DNA from: a bacterium
GTDB taxonomy: Bacteria; Actinomycetota; Coriobacteriia; Coriobacteriales; Eggerthellaceae
DNA length: 64,000 nucleotides
Assembly (NCBI GenBank): GCA_963621885.1
Contig: CAVFFT010000004.1
Span: forward strand, 12 to 64,011
Reading direction: 5' to 3'
Part shown: positions 62,609-64,000 of the stretch, piece by piece
How positions within the stretch are numbered: position 1 is the first letter of the stretch
How the letters are laid out: the number at the start of each line of letters is the position of its first letter
The notes under the pieces: generated by a model
Database searches by the model: none
What the model was told of the DNA's origin: nothing
What the model saw: only the letters and a program-made list of their open reading frames with translations
Translations under genes and position numbers: made by a program

Positions 62609-64000
62609 TCACAGCATGTTCACAGGGTCGATATCAACCGCTATTCGCGCAGATGAATCGCGCTGCACCTGCATCAGCGCCTCGCGAATGACGGGGCCCA
62701 TTTCGGTATGCGGCGCGGCCTTGACCACGATATGCAAGCGATGATTGCCGCGCAGCTTAGCCAAAACGCAATCCGTCGGAGGAAAGACGGCCCAATCGGA
62801 CAAGCCCTTGCGCTTGACAAGCTCGCTTAGCGCCGCATACGCCTCCTGAGCGCGCCGCTTTACCTCCTCCAAATCCTTTCCCCAGATGAGAAGGTTCGCC
62901 ATGCGGGCGTAAGGCGGATACCGCAAGGCCTTGCGTTTGGGAATCTCCTCACGCAGGAACATCGCACGGTCGTGCGCAGCTGCGGCACGAATGGCGCTCG
63001 AATCGGGCCAGTAGGTCTGCACGAGCACATGGCCTTCAAGATCACCGCGACCCGCTCTACCGGAGACCTGCTCGATGAGTTCATAGGTTGATTCCGCGCT
63101 TCTGAAATCAGGCAGCTTGAGCGTCGTGTCGGCGTTGATCACCCCCACGAGCGTGACTTCGCTGAAATCGTGCCCCTTTGCGATCATCTGCGTTCCCAGC
63201 AGAACCGAGGCGCCAGGCGCCATGAACTCCTCAAGAAGCGCCCGATGCGAACCCTTCTTGCGCGTCGTATCGGCATCCATTCGAATGATGGGAACCGCAG
63301 CAAGGCCAAACGAGTCGAGTAGCGCTCGAAGCTCCATTTCCACACGCTCGGTGCCCGCGCCGAAAAGCCGCAGATAAGGGCTTTCGCACTGGGGGCAACG
63401 CGGCGGCATATGCTCGATATGGCCGCAATGGTGGCAAATGAGTAGCCCCTCATATTCGTGATAGGTCAACGACGTCGCGCAATGCGGGCACTCCGGCACG
63501 AAGCCGCAGTTGCGACAAAGGACGAAACGCGCAAAACCTCGCTGATTCAGCAGGAGAATTGCCTTTTCTCCCTGCTCTAGGCAAGCACGCAGCATATTCT
63601 CCAGCTTGCGCGAGAACATCGCACGCGACCCGCCGCGAAACTCCTGCGCCATATCGACCACATCAACCGCGGGAAGCGGTTTCCCATTCGCGCGTTCAGG
63701 CAGTTCGACGCGCGTCCAATCGCGCTGTGTAGCACAGGCTTGAAGAGTCTCGATCGAAGGCGTCGCCGAACCCAGAACCAGCGTCGCATGATGGCGCTTG
63801 ACCATCCAGCGCGCAACGTCGCGGGCGTGGTAGCGGGGACTCGAATCCTGCTTGTAAGAGCCCTCGTGCTCCTCGTCAATCACGATAATTCCCAGGTGAG
63901 AAACCGGCGTGAACAAGGCGCTGCGGGCGCCAACAACAACACGCGCCTCACCCGAGCGAATGCGATCCCATTCGTCATAGCGTTCGCCCGCGCTCATGCG
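62609..64000 (-). CDS. priA: Primosomal protein N' (PriA helicase), C-terminal part; the 5' end lies beyond the window
   Basis: VIDEEHEGSYKQ (DExH), Cys-rich insertion CRNCGFVPECPHCATSLTYH...CHHCGH...CPQCES, motif GTQMIAKGHDF. Confidence 0.9.
   Translation of the reverse strand, partial: RMSAGERYDEWDRIRSGEARVVVGARSALFTPVSHLGIIVIDEEHEGSYKQDSSPRYHARDVARWMVKRHHATLVLGSATPSIETLQACATQRDWTRVELPERANGKPLPAVDVVDMAQEFRGGSRAMFSRKLENMLRACLEQGEKAILLLNQRGFARFVLCRNCGFVPECPHCATSLTYHEYEGLLICHHCGHIEHMPPRCPQCESPYLRLFGAGTERVEMELRALLDSFGLAAVPIIRMDADTTRKKGSHRALLEEFMAPGASVLLGTQMIAKGHDFSEVTLVGVINADTTLKLPDFRSAESTYELIEQVSGRAGRGDLEGHVLVQTYWPDSSAIRAAAAHDRAMFLREEIPKRKALRYPPYARMANLLIWGKDLEEVKRRAQEAYAALSELVKRKGLSDWAVFPPTDCVLAKLRGNHRLHIVVKAAPHTEMGPVIREALMQVQRDSSARIAVDIDPVNML

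Overview
GC-rich chromosomal segment of a Gram-positive anaerobe. Gene content, LPXTG-type anchors and Cheo-type LexA boxes point to Actinomycetota, probably Coriobacteriia (inference only). Most of the window is core metabolism and housekeeping. In order: MFS transporter divergent from a UbiD-family decarboxylase; a GT2 glycosyltransferase; ANTAR-gltB-gltD; an acidic wall-anchored protein; a LarC-like fragment; ornithine carbamoyltransferase and argS; a CaiA-like acyl-CoA dehydrogenase with etfBA-fixCX; two tandem giant sortase-anchored B-repeat surface proteins; a Na+/H+ antiporter; a DEAD-box helicase; a tRNA His/Lys/Leu cluster; an XRE regulator; a six-gene Ech-type [NiFe] hydrogenase; pgsA and a VanW protein; paaK and an ACT protein; a DD-carboxypeptidase; an FHA protein; iorAB; gluQ; menA; nrdR-dut; nadE; lexA; tRNA Pro/Leu/Asn; rpoD; and priA (partial). 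I count 8 tRNAs. I see no CRISPR array, no intact mobile element and no recognisable complete defence system. Many long ORFs in the track are antisense artefacts of the GC-rich coding strand. The best candidates for something undescribed are: (1) an SOS node at 57.9-59.5 kb, with back-to-back lexA and divergent promoters that each carry a LexA box in the spacer, a domain-less tail-anchored 162-aa protein as a possible new SOS division inhibitor, and a fourth LexA box in the same position in a tRNA-Pro promoter; (2) a decayed MuF-tail plus PD-(D/E)xK toxin-like remnant and a strongly SD-preceded 42-aa ORF with three GCAC-loop hairpins, wedged between tRNA genes; (3) an orphan structured RNA in a convergent intergenic region; (4) an XRE regulator with a triplicated Cys-containing 14-aa repeat next to an Ech hydrogenase whose EchD and EchF subunits carry Ala/Lys/Glu-rich tails; (5) a CaiA-like/FixABCX module with no substrate-activation genes. 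All functional calls rest on motif recognition by eye. No database search was run.
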